Source: Candidatus Magasanikiibacteriota bacterium (lineage in GTDB: Bacteria; Patescibacteriota; Patescibacteriia; Magasanikbacterales; GWA2-37-8). Taken from it: 64,000 nt of DNA. Under the pieces are notes generated by a model. The model saw nothing but the letters and a program-made list of their open reading frames with translations. It searched no databases and was not told where the DNA came from. Below, piece after piece: positions 35,918 to 45,135 of this stretch. The position numbers were made by a program, and so were the translations under genes. Every line of letters begins with the position of its first letter. Position 1 is the stretch's first letter. The stretch is from positions 16,272 to 80,271 of the forward strand of contig JACPGS010000019.1 in NCBI GenBank assembly GCA_016189025.1, written 5' to 3'.

Positions 35918-38900
35918 ATGCCCAAACTTAAAAAAATTCTTGTTTGGTTTACGGTATTCGCCAATCTGGCGTTTAATTTTACGCTGGGCGGGCAAGTATT
36001 GGCGCTAGGCGCATCGGTTTCTGATTCTCAAAAAGCGTCTGTGGCTGAAATTGCGTCCCAACCCAAGGCCTCAGCCGCGCTCAATCGGGCAAGTATCAGC
36101 GGGGACACGGACAGTCCGGTGATTGATTTAACCACGGCGCCGCGTTGGCAGCCGAAAAAATTAATACCGGTAACGCCGGGATCGGCCCAGGTAAAAGCAG
36201 AGGCAATCAGATATCAAGAGGCGCCGGCCTCGCCCCGGGCCTTGCGGGGGGCGACCATTAAACAGTTATGGCAGAAAAAATCCGAGGCCGAGCGGAAAAA
36301 TGTATCAGCCGGGCAGTCTAAGTCCGTCAGTTTTAGCCAATGGAACCGATTGGTGGCTTGGGTGGGTAAGATGCTCGGGCCAACTCCGGCGCGGGCCGCC
36401 ACGCCGCTCATCGCCTATGAGGCCGGCATTGAACAGCGGCCGCTGGATTATGCTTTGTATTATTTAGCCAATCAGCAAAATCCCAATGGATCGTTTGGCG
36501 CGGCTAATGTTTATGAGGCCACGGCCGAGATGGTTTTCTTTCTTAATGACATCGGCCGCACCGCCAATGATCAGTATCTGCCGGCGCTTAATTATATTTT
36601 GAATACTACGCCGACCACGACGCGCGCCCAAGCGTTGAAAGCCAGAATAGTTGCCGGCCTGGGGCAAAACGCGACCCCGTTACTGGATGAAATCGTTTCC
36701 AGCCAAAACGCGGACGGCGGCTATGGGTTGTTGCCAGGCTACGAAAGCGATCTAGTAACTACTTTAGAGGTCGCGCTGGCTTTGCGGGCGGCCAATTATC
36801 AGCCGGCGGACCGGCAGACGGAAGCGTTATGGTTTGCGCTTAATCAGATTCCTGCTTCCGGAGAATTGCGTTATGCCGCCGTCAGCCCGCCCAGTTATTA
36901 TTTGATTAACAAAACGGCGCAAAATTTGCAGCCATTCCAAGGTTTGACAATTACCGACAGCCAGTCACAAATCACGGTGGCGGTTAATGATAAAGTGAAT
37001 GCCTTGCTGGGGTATTTGAGTTCGCAATACGATGCGTCATCCGGACGCTTGTTGGGAGCGGCCGATGTGCTGGATGAAATTATGACGGCGCAAACCTGGC
37101 GCCGTTACGGGGTGGAATTAATTAATTGGCACGCCTTGCGTCAATCAATTTTAAGCCAACAGCAAACCGACGGCTCGTTTATGAACTCGGTGCTGGCTAC
37201 CGAGCAGGGCATTGACGCCACGGCCTTGCCGGATTTGTCTTTGGTAGATCATATCAATACCACTCCTTTGGTTAATAAAAATAACGTTACTTGGCAGGTT
37301 ACCGTTACCAATGCGGGTTATGCCTCTAACGGTCAGGCCCGGCTTAATTTGGTGGCGGATAATGTTTGGGTGAGCACGGTGGATTTTGCGGGTCAGGGGA
37401 TAGTAGTCCCGCCCAACAGCACCGTAACTTTGAATATTAACGTGGCCGATACCACCGGATTGATTGGCGATACGGAAATCAAGTATTATCTTAGCGACGC
37501 GGAAGAGCTGAATTACGACAATAACTGGCTGGCCAAGCATTTTACTTTTGCCTCGGCCGCCGATGGTTCCCCGGCCTTGCCGCTTTATTATATTGCGCAA
37601 AAATGGGAGATCGGAAACGACCCGGCGGTGAACGTGCGCTGGCAGCGAAAAAGCGACCCGCAGCGGTTTAATTACGTATTTATGTACCGGGAGAAAGGAA
37701 CGGGACAGTGGAATTTTGCCTCTTTGGATAATTCTTTAGCCGGGGCATTTTTATCTCCTTTTGGCGAAGGGATAACTTACGAGATAACCATTGGGACAGT
37801 GCATTTAGACCAGCAAACCATAACTTATTTTAATAATTTAAGCGAGGTTACCACTAGCGCCGATCCCAATAAATTTATGGGTCAGGTGAGCGGCACGGTG
37901 GGTGATGCGTTTCAGAAGTTCCCTAATTTAAACACCACGGCCTACGGCGCCGGCGCTCTCACTGACAGTCAGTCAGCGTTTGTTTATGCGAAGATGGAAA
38001 ACGGTACTTCTGCGGCGCAGGTTGACGCCGCGCCCCATGAGTCAATCAGGAAAAAATTCGCAGTGGCAGTTGGTGCCACCACTACGGTGGCTCTTCCCAC
38101 CCGGTTAAAAGAGGATACCGTAGCGCCGCAGATTACCTACTTAGCCATTCCTTTAAGTAATTTCCTGATTAAAAATCAAACCGAAGCTAGCCTTAGCGCC
38201 AGCGTCTCGGATAATGTGGCGGCCAAGGAAGTTGATTTTTACTATTGGGATCCCGGTCCGGGCGCCTGGTTATTTTTGGGCACCGCCGAGGTAAGGAGCG
38301 GCGGGGCTTCGTTTTTGTGGTATGTGCCGGCAGATTTGCTGGGGGTGGGTTATAAAATAAAAGCAGTGGCCCGGGATTATCGCGGCAATGTATCGGCGCC
38401 CCAAGAGTGGGGTCCGTTCCAGATTATTGACGGCAGCCCGCCCGCCCGCACCATCTCCGGCACAATCAGATATTACGACGGTGTAAAAACAGTGCCCAAT
38501 GCCACGGTAATTTTACAAAATGATGTTGGCGCGCAATTAGCCGCCACCACTACCGACAGCAACGGCAGGTATCAATTTACCGGTGTGGCCGATGGCGGCG
38601 CTTACGGGGTGACGGTAACCTCAACCGACATGAGCACCAATGGCGTTGATAGTGCTGATCAGACCAAGATCGGCAGGCACATTGTTGGTTTGGAGCCTTT
38701 TGATTCCATTTACAAAATAATTGCCGGGGATGTTAATGATAGCGGTGGTCTTACTAGTGCTGATCAGGGAAAGATCGGCCGGTTTATCACTGGCCTTGAT
38801 GTGAACCTGCCTTCCGGTATTTGGAAGTTTTATGATGCCAGCGTTGTTTTAACTTCCGCCAATTATTTAACCACCGGTTTAGCCAAAACATATACCAACT

Positions 38901-41230
38901 TAACCGCGGACCAGGCTGACCAGGATTTTGTCGGCATTAAAATGGGAGACGTAGACAATTCGTGGAGTACTGCCAATAAAGATATCACCCTATTCAGCTT
39001 CCCCTCTGCCACCAGCACCATCACCGGCGCCAATATCGCCGTCACCGTTCCGTCTGGCACTAATGTTACGGCTCTGGTGCCCACCATTATCCACACCGGC
39101 GCTTCGGTCAGCCCGGGGAGCGGCGCGGCGCAAGATTTTACCAATCCGGTCACCTATACTGTCACCGCCCTTGATGGTTCAACCCAGGCGTACACAGTGA
39201 CGGTTACGGTTTCGCCTCCCCTGGTCATTATTTATGAAGACGGAAACGACCTGGACACTGCCCCCTGGTTCGTGAGCCCCGCGGGCACCACCTCGCAACT
39301 GGAAAATATCGCGGCCGACGATCCGGCCCACGGCCGCGTAATTAAGCTCACTGCCAGCCCTGCCTCCAGCCGGATGGTATTCTATGCCCCCACCAGCAAC
39401 CCCTGGCAATACCCCAGCCTCCCTATTTTACAGTGGGATTTTAAGTACCAAACCCAGGCCAACTTCTTTATCTCGCTCAAAACCGATAACACGGCCATTA
39501 ACAACGGCTATCTCTACCTCTCGTACGCCACCGCCAACACCCCCGGCTTCCGCGGCAACACCTTTTATTATCAGCTAGACCCCGCGCTTGCCGATGGTTC
39601 TTGGCGTACCTTAACCCGCAACCTTCAGCAGGATGTGGCGGCTTTTTCGCCCAACACCACCATCCTCGGCATTCAGTACTTCTCGGCCTATGGCACTGGC
39701 AGCATAGACAATCTGGCTCTGCTCAAAGAAAGCGCCCTCGCTACCGTATCGGGCAAAGTCGTTGACGCCAAAGGCAACCCGATCGTCGGCGCTCTTATCA
39801 GCGCCCCGCCCTATAATCTGACGACAGTTACCGACAGCCAAGGCAACTACCGCTTACCGGGCCTGCCCCCGGGTTCGTATACGCTCACTCCGGTAAAGTT
39901 TGGCCTTGATCTGCCCGCTGCTTCGGTCACGGTTGGCGTTTCTGGCGCTGATGTTTCTGGAATTAATTCGTCAGGCAACTTCGTCCTCTACGAATCCGGC
40001 GATGACCTGGACACCGCCCCGTGGTTCATTTCCCCCGCTGGCACCGCCTCCACCCTGGCCAACGTCAGCGACGACGCTAACCACGGCCGCGCCATTGCCC
40101 TGACCGCTAACGACCCTTCCACCCGGATGGTGTTCTACGCTCCTACGAATAACCCCTGGGCGCTCGCCACTCACCCGGTACTGCAGTGGGAAATGAAATA
40201 TTCGAGCGATCCGGAATTCCTGATCTATCTTAACACCAACAACGGCGTCCGCTACTTGTCATACGGCACGCAAAACACCCCAGGCTGGCGGGGCAATAAG
40301 TTTTATTTTAAGCTTGACCCTGGTTTTAAGGATGGTAAATGGCACACCCTCATTCGCAATCTCCAGCAAGACGTTGCTTCACTTTCCTCCACTACTACCA
40401 TTACCGGCATCAGCTATTTCTCCGCGTACAACAGCGGCCGGATTGACAATCTTCAGCTTAGGCCCGCCCAGCCCCTCTCCACTGTTTCCGGCACGGTTAC
40501 CGACGACCAGGGGAATTCCGTGGCTGGAGTAGCGGTTTCCGCTCCGCCTTACGGGGTCAGCGTTCAAACCGATGCCACTGGTAAGTACTCCCTCCCCGGC
40601 CTTCCTGCTGGTTCTTACACTCTGACCTTCCAAAAACCAGGCTACACTTTCCCCACGACCCTCCTGACCGTAGACGGCTCTAACCCTAACCTGACGCAAG
40701 ACGTGAGCGGCACCCTGCCCGCCTCAATCACCTACGAAGACGGCAGTGACGGCGATACCAACCCCTGGTTTATCAGCCCCGCTGGCACTAATTCAACTCT
40801 GGTAAACATCATAGACGAAGACCCGGCGCACGACCGCGTCATCAGTCTTACTGCCAACGCCAATTCCACCCGCCTGGTCTTCTACGCTCCGGCCTCTAAC
40901 CCCTGGGCCTATCCGGCGCTTCCCATTATTCAGTGGGACCAGAAGTACGCCGGCGATTGGGAAGTCCTTGTCTACCTGGACACCTCGGCCGGCGCCCGTT
41001 ATCTCTCCTATTCGCCGCATCACGCCAGCAATTACCTCTACAACAATAACACCGCCCGCCTTAAAATGGACGCCAATCTGGCAGACGGCGCCTGGCACAC
41101 CATTACCCGCGATTTGCAGGCTGATTTCGCCACGCTCTTCCCGGGCGTTACCATTACCGGTGTCAAGTATTTCTCGGTTTACGGGACGGGGCGGATAGAC
41201 AATTTACGGTTATTGAAGCAGCTGCCGTAA
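35918..41230 (+). CDS. Giant secreted protein (1770 aa). Domain order: an alpha/alpha-toroid (prenyltransferase/terpene-cyclase-like 'QxxDGSFG' repeats), Ig-like domains, a dockerin-like Ca-binding repeat pair, then three copies of [uncharacterised ~190-aa module + CarbopepD_reg].
   Basis: Signal peptide 'ILVWFTVFANLAFNFTLGGQVLALGASV'. 'QQNPNGSFG', 'SQNADGGYG' and 'QQQTDGSFM' are toroid repeats. 'GDVNDSGGLTSADQGKIGRFITG' and 'STNGVDSADQTKIGRHIVG' are dockerin-like. Module copies start at 'LVIIYEDGNDLDTAPWF', 'FVLYESGDDLDTAPWF' and 'ASITYEDGSDGDTNPWF'. Confidence 0.75.
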   Translation: MPKLKKILVWFTVFANLAFNFTLGGQVLALGASVSDSQKASVAEIASQPKASAALNRASISGDTDSPVIDLTTAPRWQPKKLIPVTPGSAQVKAEAIRYQEAPASPRALRGATIKQLWQKKSEAERKNVSAGQSKSVSFSQWNRLVAWVGKMLGPTPARAATPLIAYEAGIEQRPLDYALYYLANQQNPNGSFGAANVYEATAEMVFFLNDIGRTANDQYLPALNYILNTTPTTTRAQALKARIVAGLGQNATPLLDEIVSSQNADGGYGLLPGYESDLVTTLEVALALRAANYQPADRQTEALWFALNQIPASGELRYAAVSPPSYYLINKTAQNLQPFQGLTITDSQSQITVAVNDKVNALLGYLSSQYDASSGRLLGAADVLDEIMTAQTWRRYGVELINWHALRQSILSQQQTDGSFMNSVLATEQGIDATALPDLSLVDHINTTPLVNKNNVTWQVTVTNAGYASNGQARLNLVADNVWVSTVDFAGQGIVVPPNSTVTLNINVADTTGLIGDTEIKYYLSDAEELNYDNNWLAKHFTFASAADGSPALPLYYIAQKWEIGNDPAVNVRWQRKSDPQRFNYVFMYREKGTGQWNFASLDNSLAGAFLSPFGEGITYEITIGTVHLDQQTITYFNNLSEVTTSADPNKFMGQVSGTVGDAFQKFPNLNTTAYGAGALTDSQSAFVYAKMENGTSAAQVDAAPHESIRKKFAVAVGATTTVALPTRLKEDTVAPQITYLAIPLSNFLIKNQTEASLSASVSDNVAAKEVDFYYWDPGPGAWLFLGTAEVRSGGASFLWYVPADLLGVGYKIKAVARDYRGNVSAPQEWGPFQIIDGSPPARTISGTIRYYDGVKTVPNATVILQNDVGAQLAATTTDSNGRYQFTGVADGGAYGVTVTSTDMSTNGVDSADQTKIGRHIVGLEPFDSIYKIIAGDVNDSGGLTSADQGKIGRFITGLDVNLPSGIWKFYDASVVLTSANYLTTGLAKTYTNLTADQADQDFVGIKMGDVDNSWSTANKDITLFSFPSATSTITGANIAVTVPSGTNVTALVPTIIHTGASVSPGSGAAQDFTNPVTYTVTALDGSTQAYTVTVTVSPPLVIIYEDGNDLDTAPWFVSPAGTTSQLENIAADDPAHGRVIKLTASPASSRMVFYAPTSNPWQYPSLPILQWDFKYQTQANFFISLKTDNTAINNGYLYLSYATANTPGFRGNTFYYQLDPALADGSWRTLTRNLQQDVAAFSPNTTILGIQYFSAYGTGSIDNLALLKESALATVSGKVVDAKGNPIVGALISAPPYNLTTVTDSQGNYRLPGLPPGSYTLTPVKFGLDLPAASVTVGVSGADVSGINSSGNFVLYESGDDLDTAPWFISPAGTASTLANVSDDANHGRAIALTANDPSTRMVFYAPTNNPWALATHPVLQWEMKYSSDPEFLIYLNTNNGVRYLSYGTQNTPGWRGNKFYFKLDPGFKDGKWHTLIRNLQQDVASLSSTTTITGISYFSAYNSGRIDNLQLRPAQPLSTVSGTVTDDQGNSVAGVAVSAPPYGVSVQTDATGKYSLPGLPAGSYTLTFQKPGYTFPTTLLTVDGSNPNLTQDVSGTLPASITYEDGSDGDTNPWFISPAGTNSTLVNIIDEDPAHDRVISLTANANSTRLVFYAPASNPWAYPALPIIQWDQKYAGDWEVLVYLDTSAGARYLSYSPHHASNYLYNNNTARLKMDANLADGAWHTITRDLQADFATLFPGVTITGVKYFSVYGTGRIDNLRLLKQLP
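39225..41225 (+). repeat. ~2 kb segment (module copies B1-B3) about 88-90% nucleotide-identical to 53160..55150 in the 2994-aa gene
   Basis: Long near-identical runs, for example 39961-40450 vs 53911-54400, and 40700-41220 vs 54650-55140. Confidence 0.75.
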
Positions 41231-41242
41231 GCCAACAATCAA

Positions 41243-41278
41243 AATACCTCGCTAGCCAAGCGGCGAGGTATTTTGTGG
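41243..41278 (+). terminator. Rho-independent terminator
   Basis: aaaatacctcgc-tagccaagc-ggcgaggtatttt followed by GTGG…TTTTTT. Confidence 0.6.
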
Positions 41279-41409
41279 ACTTTTTTGGTAAGCCTTGGTA
41301 TTATTAAGAGAGCATCAAGATTCTAAAATTGCATTGCGTTATTTCACCTTTTTCCCTCTCGGTATTACCAATGATAAGAGCACTGAATTCGTAGTGAGTT
41401 TATTTGTTT

Positions 41410-41495
41410 GTCATTTCGACCGAAGGGAGAAATTTCTCTCCAATTGGCCAAAACGATAAGATAGAGATTCCTCACATTCGTTCGGAATGACAGTC
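41410..41495. repeat. Second MITE-like element family. TIR GTCATTTCGACCGAA…TTCGGAATGACAGTC. Core …gaagggaga…tctc…agagattcctc…tcggaatgacagt.
   Basis: A divergent copy lies at about 10815-10885 (…gccgaagggatctctgtc…cagagattcctcgcttgacactcggaatgacagtt). Both share the GTCATTCC-type terminus of the valS element. Confidence 0.45.
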
Positions 41496-41529
41496 AAAAA
41501 TTTCTGTCAATTTTGGCTGTAGTAAACTA

Positions 41530-43062
41530 ATGGTAGGAATAACTCGCTATAAGTTCATTATGAAGCCAGATTCCGATCGGCGCGCGACGGCAATTCAGCG
41601 TTTACTAAGTACTAAACCGTCAGCGTTTTGGGAGCGCCTCCGCGAGCGCCGGACGTTGGAGCTGTTCCACCGGGCGGCCGAAGGAGTGCCGGCTTATCGT
41701 GATTTTTTGCGCCGGCATCAGATTAATCATGCTAAAATAAAAAGTTGGGCCGATTTTCAGCAGGTGCCCATTATCAACAAAAAAAATTATCTGCGCCACT
41801 ATCCTCTGCCGGCGCTTTGCTGGGGCGGCACCTTAAAGCGTCCCTTAGTTTTTACTGCCACCTCCGGCTCCACCGGCGAGCCGGTTTATTTCCCCCGCGG
41901 CGAGGCGCTGGACTGGCAGTATTCAATAATAGTCGAAACATTTCTCCGCCAGTCGCGCTCGGGGGGACCGGTCTTGGTGATTGTCGGGTTTGGCATGGGA
42001 GTGTGGATTGGGGGGCTGATTACGTATCGCGCCTTCGAAATTGCGGCGGCGCGACTCGGTTATCCGCTTTCGATTATTACGCCCGGGATTAACAAAGAAG
42101 AAATTTTTAATGCGTTCCGGCGGCTGGCGCCGCACTACCGGCAGACCATTCTCATCGGCTATCCGCCGTTTATTAAAGATATTATTGACGAAGCGCCGGA
42201 GCGTGGCATTAAGCTGAAGCAGTTAAATCTTCGCCTCTGGTTTGCCGCCGAAGCTTTTAGCGAAACCTTCCGCGATTATCTGGCGCAGCGGGGCGGCGTG
42301 CAGAGCTGTTACCGGGGTACTATTAATATTTACGGCAGCGCCGATATCGGCGCCATGGCTTACGAATCCAACGTCAGTATTATGGTGAAGCGGCTGGCGC
42401 GGCGCCGCCCGCGTTTATTTACCAGTTTATTTTCGGCGATTAACAAAACGCCCACTTTGGCCCAGTATCATCCGCTGTTTATTAATTTTGAGGCGCCGGG
42501 GGGCGAGATTGTGTTAACCGGCGACAATGCTCTGCCCTTGGTGCGCTACGCGATTGGCGACCACGGTGGGGTGTTTAGTTTTGCCGAAATGGAGGAGCGG
42601 CTGGCAGGCGCCGGCGTGCGGCTCTCGGCAGAACTCCGCGCCGCCGGCTTCTCGCGCGCCAGTATCGCCGCGCTGCCGTTTGTCTATGTTTACGAGCGGA
42701 GCGATTTTTCGGCCACGATTTACGGATTGCAGGTGTATCCCGAAACGATTCGGGAGGTTTTGGCGGATAAATCGTGGGCACCGTATTTTACCGGTAAACT
42801 TACTATGCGCACCGAATTTGATTCCCGGCAAAATCAGTTTTTGGAAATTAATGTGGAGCGGCGCAAAAACCGCGTCGCTCCCCCGGCACTGCGCCGTAAA
42901 TTAATCGCGGCGATCCTGCAGAATCTGCAGCGTAAGAATTCGGAATTCCGGGAATTGGTAAAGTATGTTCAAGGGCGCCCGTTGGTGCAGCTGGCGGTTT
43001 GGCCGGCGGAGCATCCGCAGTATTTTCGCCCGGGCGTTAAACAAAGATGGGTGGAAAAATAA
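41530..43062 (+). CDS. Phenylacetate-CoA-ligase-like (PaaK/CapK/F390-synthetase family) adenylate-forming enzyme
   Basis: 'FTATSGSTGEPVYFP' is a P-loop-like AMP-binding motif of the PaaK family. 510 aa. The start may be the Met at 41560 (MKPDSDRR…). Confidence 0.65.
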   Translation: MVGITRYKFIMKPDSDRRATAIQRLLSTKPSAFWERLRERRTLELFHRAAEGVPAYRDFLRRHQINHAKIKSWADFQQVPIINKKNYLRHYPLPALCWGGTLKRPLVFTATSGSTGEPVYFPRGEALDWQYSIIVETFLRQSRSGGPVLVIVGFGMGVWIGGLITYRAFEIAAARLGYPLSIITPGINKEEIFNAFRRLAPHYRQTILIGYPPFIKDIIDEAPERGIKLKQLNLRLWFAAEAFSETFRDYLAQRGGVQSCYRGTINIYGSADIGAMAYESNVSIMVKRLARRRPRLFTSLFSAINKTPTLAQYHPLFINFEAPGGEIVLTGDNALPLVRYAIGDHGGVFSFAEMEERLAGAGVRLSAELRAAGFSRASIAALPFVYVYERSDFSATIYGLQVYPETIREVLADKSWAPYFTGKLTMRTEFDSRQNQFLEINVERRKNRVAPPALRRKLIAAILQNLQRKNSEFRELVKYVQGRPLVQLAVWPAEHPQYFRPGVKQRWVEK

Positions 43063-44144
43063 ACCTGTTTATGGAACCGCAGCTGATTACTAAAGTCGGC
43101 GCCTCACTTGAGGAATTAAGGCAGCAGTTTCCCGCCGCCGAGATAATTGACCGTTACCAGGAACAACTGGAAGAGCTGTTTTTAATCCGCCATCCCCAGT
43201 ATCGCTTTAATAAAAATTATCAATCAGACTGGGCGACCTTTTTGGCCGCGCACCAGGGAGGCCGTCCCCTCTCGGCGCTCGGCAGCTGGTTTTATTTTCC
43301 CTGGAGCCGTCAGCTGGTTCATTATTTGCCTCACGAGTTGCACCAAGAATTGCGCACGGCGCGCAACCGCAACCTTATTACTGTTGCCGAGCAGGAGAGA
43401 TTTTATAATTTTACCGTCGGCATTGCCGGGTTAAGTGTCGGCAGTCATCCTGCCGCTACCTTGGCGATGATGGGCGGAGCGCGGGCAATGAAACTGGCCG
43501 ATGCCGACACCCTGTCGGCATCTAATTTGAACCGCGTGCGTTATGACTACACCCAGCTCGGCGTCGCTAAGTGCGAACTGGCGGCGCGCTATATTTATCA
43601 GCTTAACCCGTACGCCTCTCTTCGGCTATACCAGGCCGGCATTACGGTTGACAATATCACAGAATTTTTAGCGGGCGACCCTCGGCTGGATGTATTGATA
43701 GAGGAGATGGATAATCTGGAGATGAAAATTCGGATTCGCCTGGCGGCGCGGGAATTAGGAATCCCGGTAATTATGGCGACCGACAACGGCGACGGCATCA
43801 TTGTTGATATTGAGCGATATGATTTGGATCGCCATTTGCCGCTTTTCAACGGCGCTGCCGGTGATTTAACTCTGGAAGAATTTCAAAATTTTCCGCCGGA
43901 GCGGCTGCCGGAGTTAGCGGCCAAAATTGTCGGTCCCGAGCTGATTGTGCCCCGCATGCGCGCCTCGCTCGGGGAGGTCGGCAAAACTCTGTATTCCTGG
44001 CCCCAGCTGGGGGATGCGGCTACGCTGTGCGGGGTGGCTGCGGCTTATTTAGTTAAGCGGCTGGCGATTGGCGAAGAGGTAAAAAGCGGGAAATATGAGA
44101 TTAATTTGGGCTCCCTGTTTAGCAGTGATAAGGATTATCAGTGA
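43047..44144 (+). CDS. ThiF/MoeB/E1-like adenylyltransferase-fold protein with an N-terminal extension
   Basis: 'FTVGIAGLSVGSHPAATLAMMGGARAMKLADADTLSASNLNR' matches ThiF 'GxGxxGS…A..LA..G…L.L.D.D.V..SNLNRQ'. 'MATDN' matches the MoeB 'DATDN'. It overlaps the PaaK-like gene by 16 nt, so the two are translationally coupled. Confidence 0.65.
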   Translation: MGGKINLFMEPQLITKVGASLEELRQQFPAAEIIDRYQEQLEELFLIRHPQYRFNKNYQSDWATFLAAHQGGRPLSALGSWFYFPWSRQLVHYLPHELHQELRTARNRNLITVAEQERFYNFTVGIAGLSVGSHPAATLAMMGGARAMKLADADTLSASNLNRVRYDYTQLGVAKCELAARYIYQLNPYASLRLYQAGITVDNITEFLAGDPRLDVLIEEMDNLEMKIRIRLAARELGIPVIMATDNGDGIIVDIERYDLDRHLPLFNGAAGDLTLEEFQNFPPERLPELAAKIVGPELIVPRMRASLGEVGKTLYSWPQLGDAATLCGVAAAYLVKRLAIGEEVKSGKYEINLGSLFSSDKDYQ

Positions 44145-44399
44145 TGAGCCAAGAAGTACCATTCCGGTAGTTCTGTCGCGGTACTATACGCCCCTCATGG
44201 GCGTATTTTTATCCACAGTTTTAGCCGCGAGTTCACCTTTACAAGCATCTTGTATAGTTGTATATTAGCATTGAGGGGGCAAGGATTGACGTAAAATGTG
44301 TCTGCAGGTATTCTGCAGAGAGGAACCCTCCCCGCTATTTTAGTAGTGAATTAGGATAAGTTTATCAAATTATCGTAATTACTCCCTTTTCTTCTCTTT

Positions 44400-45086
44400 A
44401 TGCAACCAAACACCGTAAAAATCACAATCATTTTTTCACTGGCGGCGATAATTTTACTCGGTGCCGGTTGCGTACTATTTCAACCAAAAAATAACGCTCG
44501 TCGCCAGCAGTCTGTTGCCAACGTTACCAATGATGAGCGAAAGAAATTGTACGAAAATAAAGAATTAGGTTTTGCCTTTGCTTATCCCGCTGAATTTGGC
44601 GAAGTGATTCTAGAAAAGGGGGCAGGCGAAACCGGAAATATATATAGCGGAAAGTTTACTGTGAAGAGCGACATTATATTTGGTGGCCTTAGCGTTGACT
44701 ATACTGCCGGCACTGATTTCGGGACTATTAGTTTTAATCAAGGCTTTCAGAAGAAGTTGGCGAATCGGTATGAATTAAAGTATGGCCCAGATATCAATGT
44801 ATCCATTCTTAATATTGAACCGTTACAAACGTTATACACGGCAGACAATGAGGAGATATTAGTGTTTGATGCCAGTGGCATGCTTGATTATCGCGATTAT
44901 GATCCCGAAACCGATGGCGGGATGGGCGGCCAGGTTTCGCCGGAAGGCAAAGCAGCAGTTATCAATTTGAAGGGCAATATCTATAAATCCATTACCTTTG
45001 AATTGTTAAATGCCACAGAAAACAAAGAAGCCAATAAACAGTTCATTGATATTTTGGAATCTATCAAGGTAACCTCCCCGGAATAG
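44400..45086 (+). CDS. Lipoprotein paralog 1 (228 aa), hypothetical
   Basis: 'MQPNTVKITIIFSLAAIILLGAGC' is a signal peptide with lipobox. The N-terminal 45 aa are nearly identical to paralogs 2 and 3. Confidence 0.6.
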   Translation: MQPNTVKITIIFSLAAIILLGAGCVLFQPKNNARRQQSVANVTNDERKKLYENKELGFAFAYPAEFGEVILEKGAGETGNIYSGKFTVKSDIIFGGLSVDYTAGTDFGTISFNQGFQKKLANRYELKYGPDINVSILNIEPLQTLYTADNEEILVFDASGMLDYRDYDPETDGGMGGQVSPEGKAAVINLKGNIYKSITFELLNATENKEANKQFIDILESIKVTSPE

Positions 45087-45135
45087 CGATATGTTTATCA
45101 AATTATCGTAATTACTCATTTTCCTACTTCTCTTT

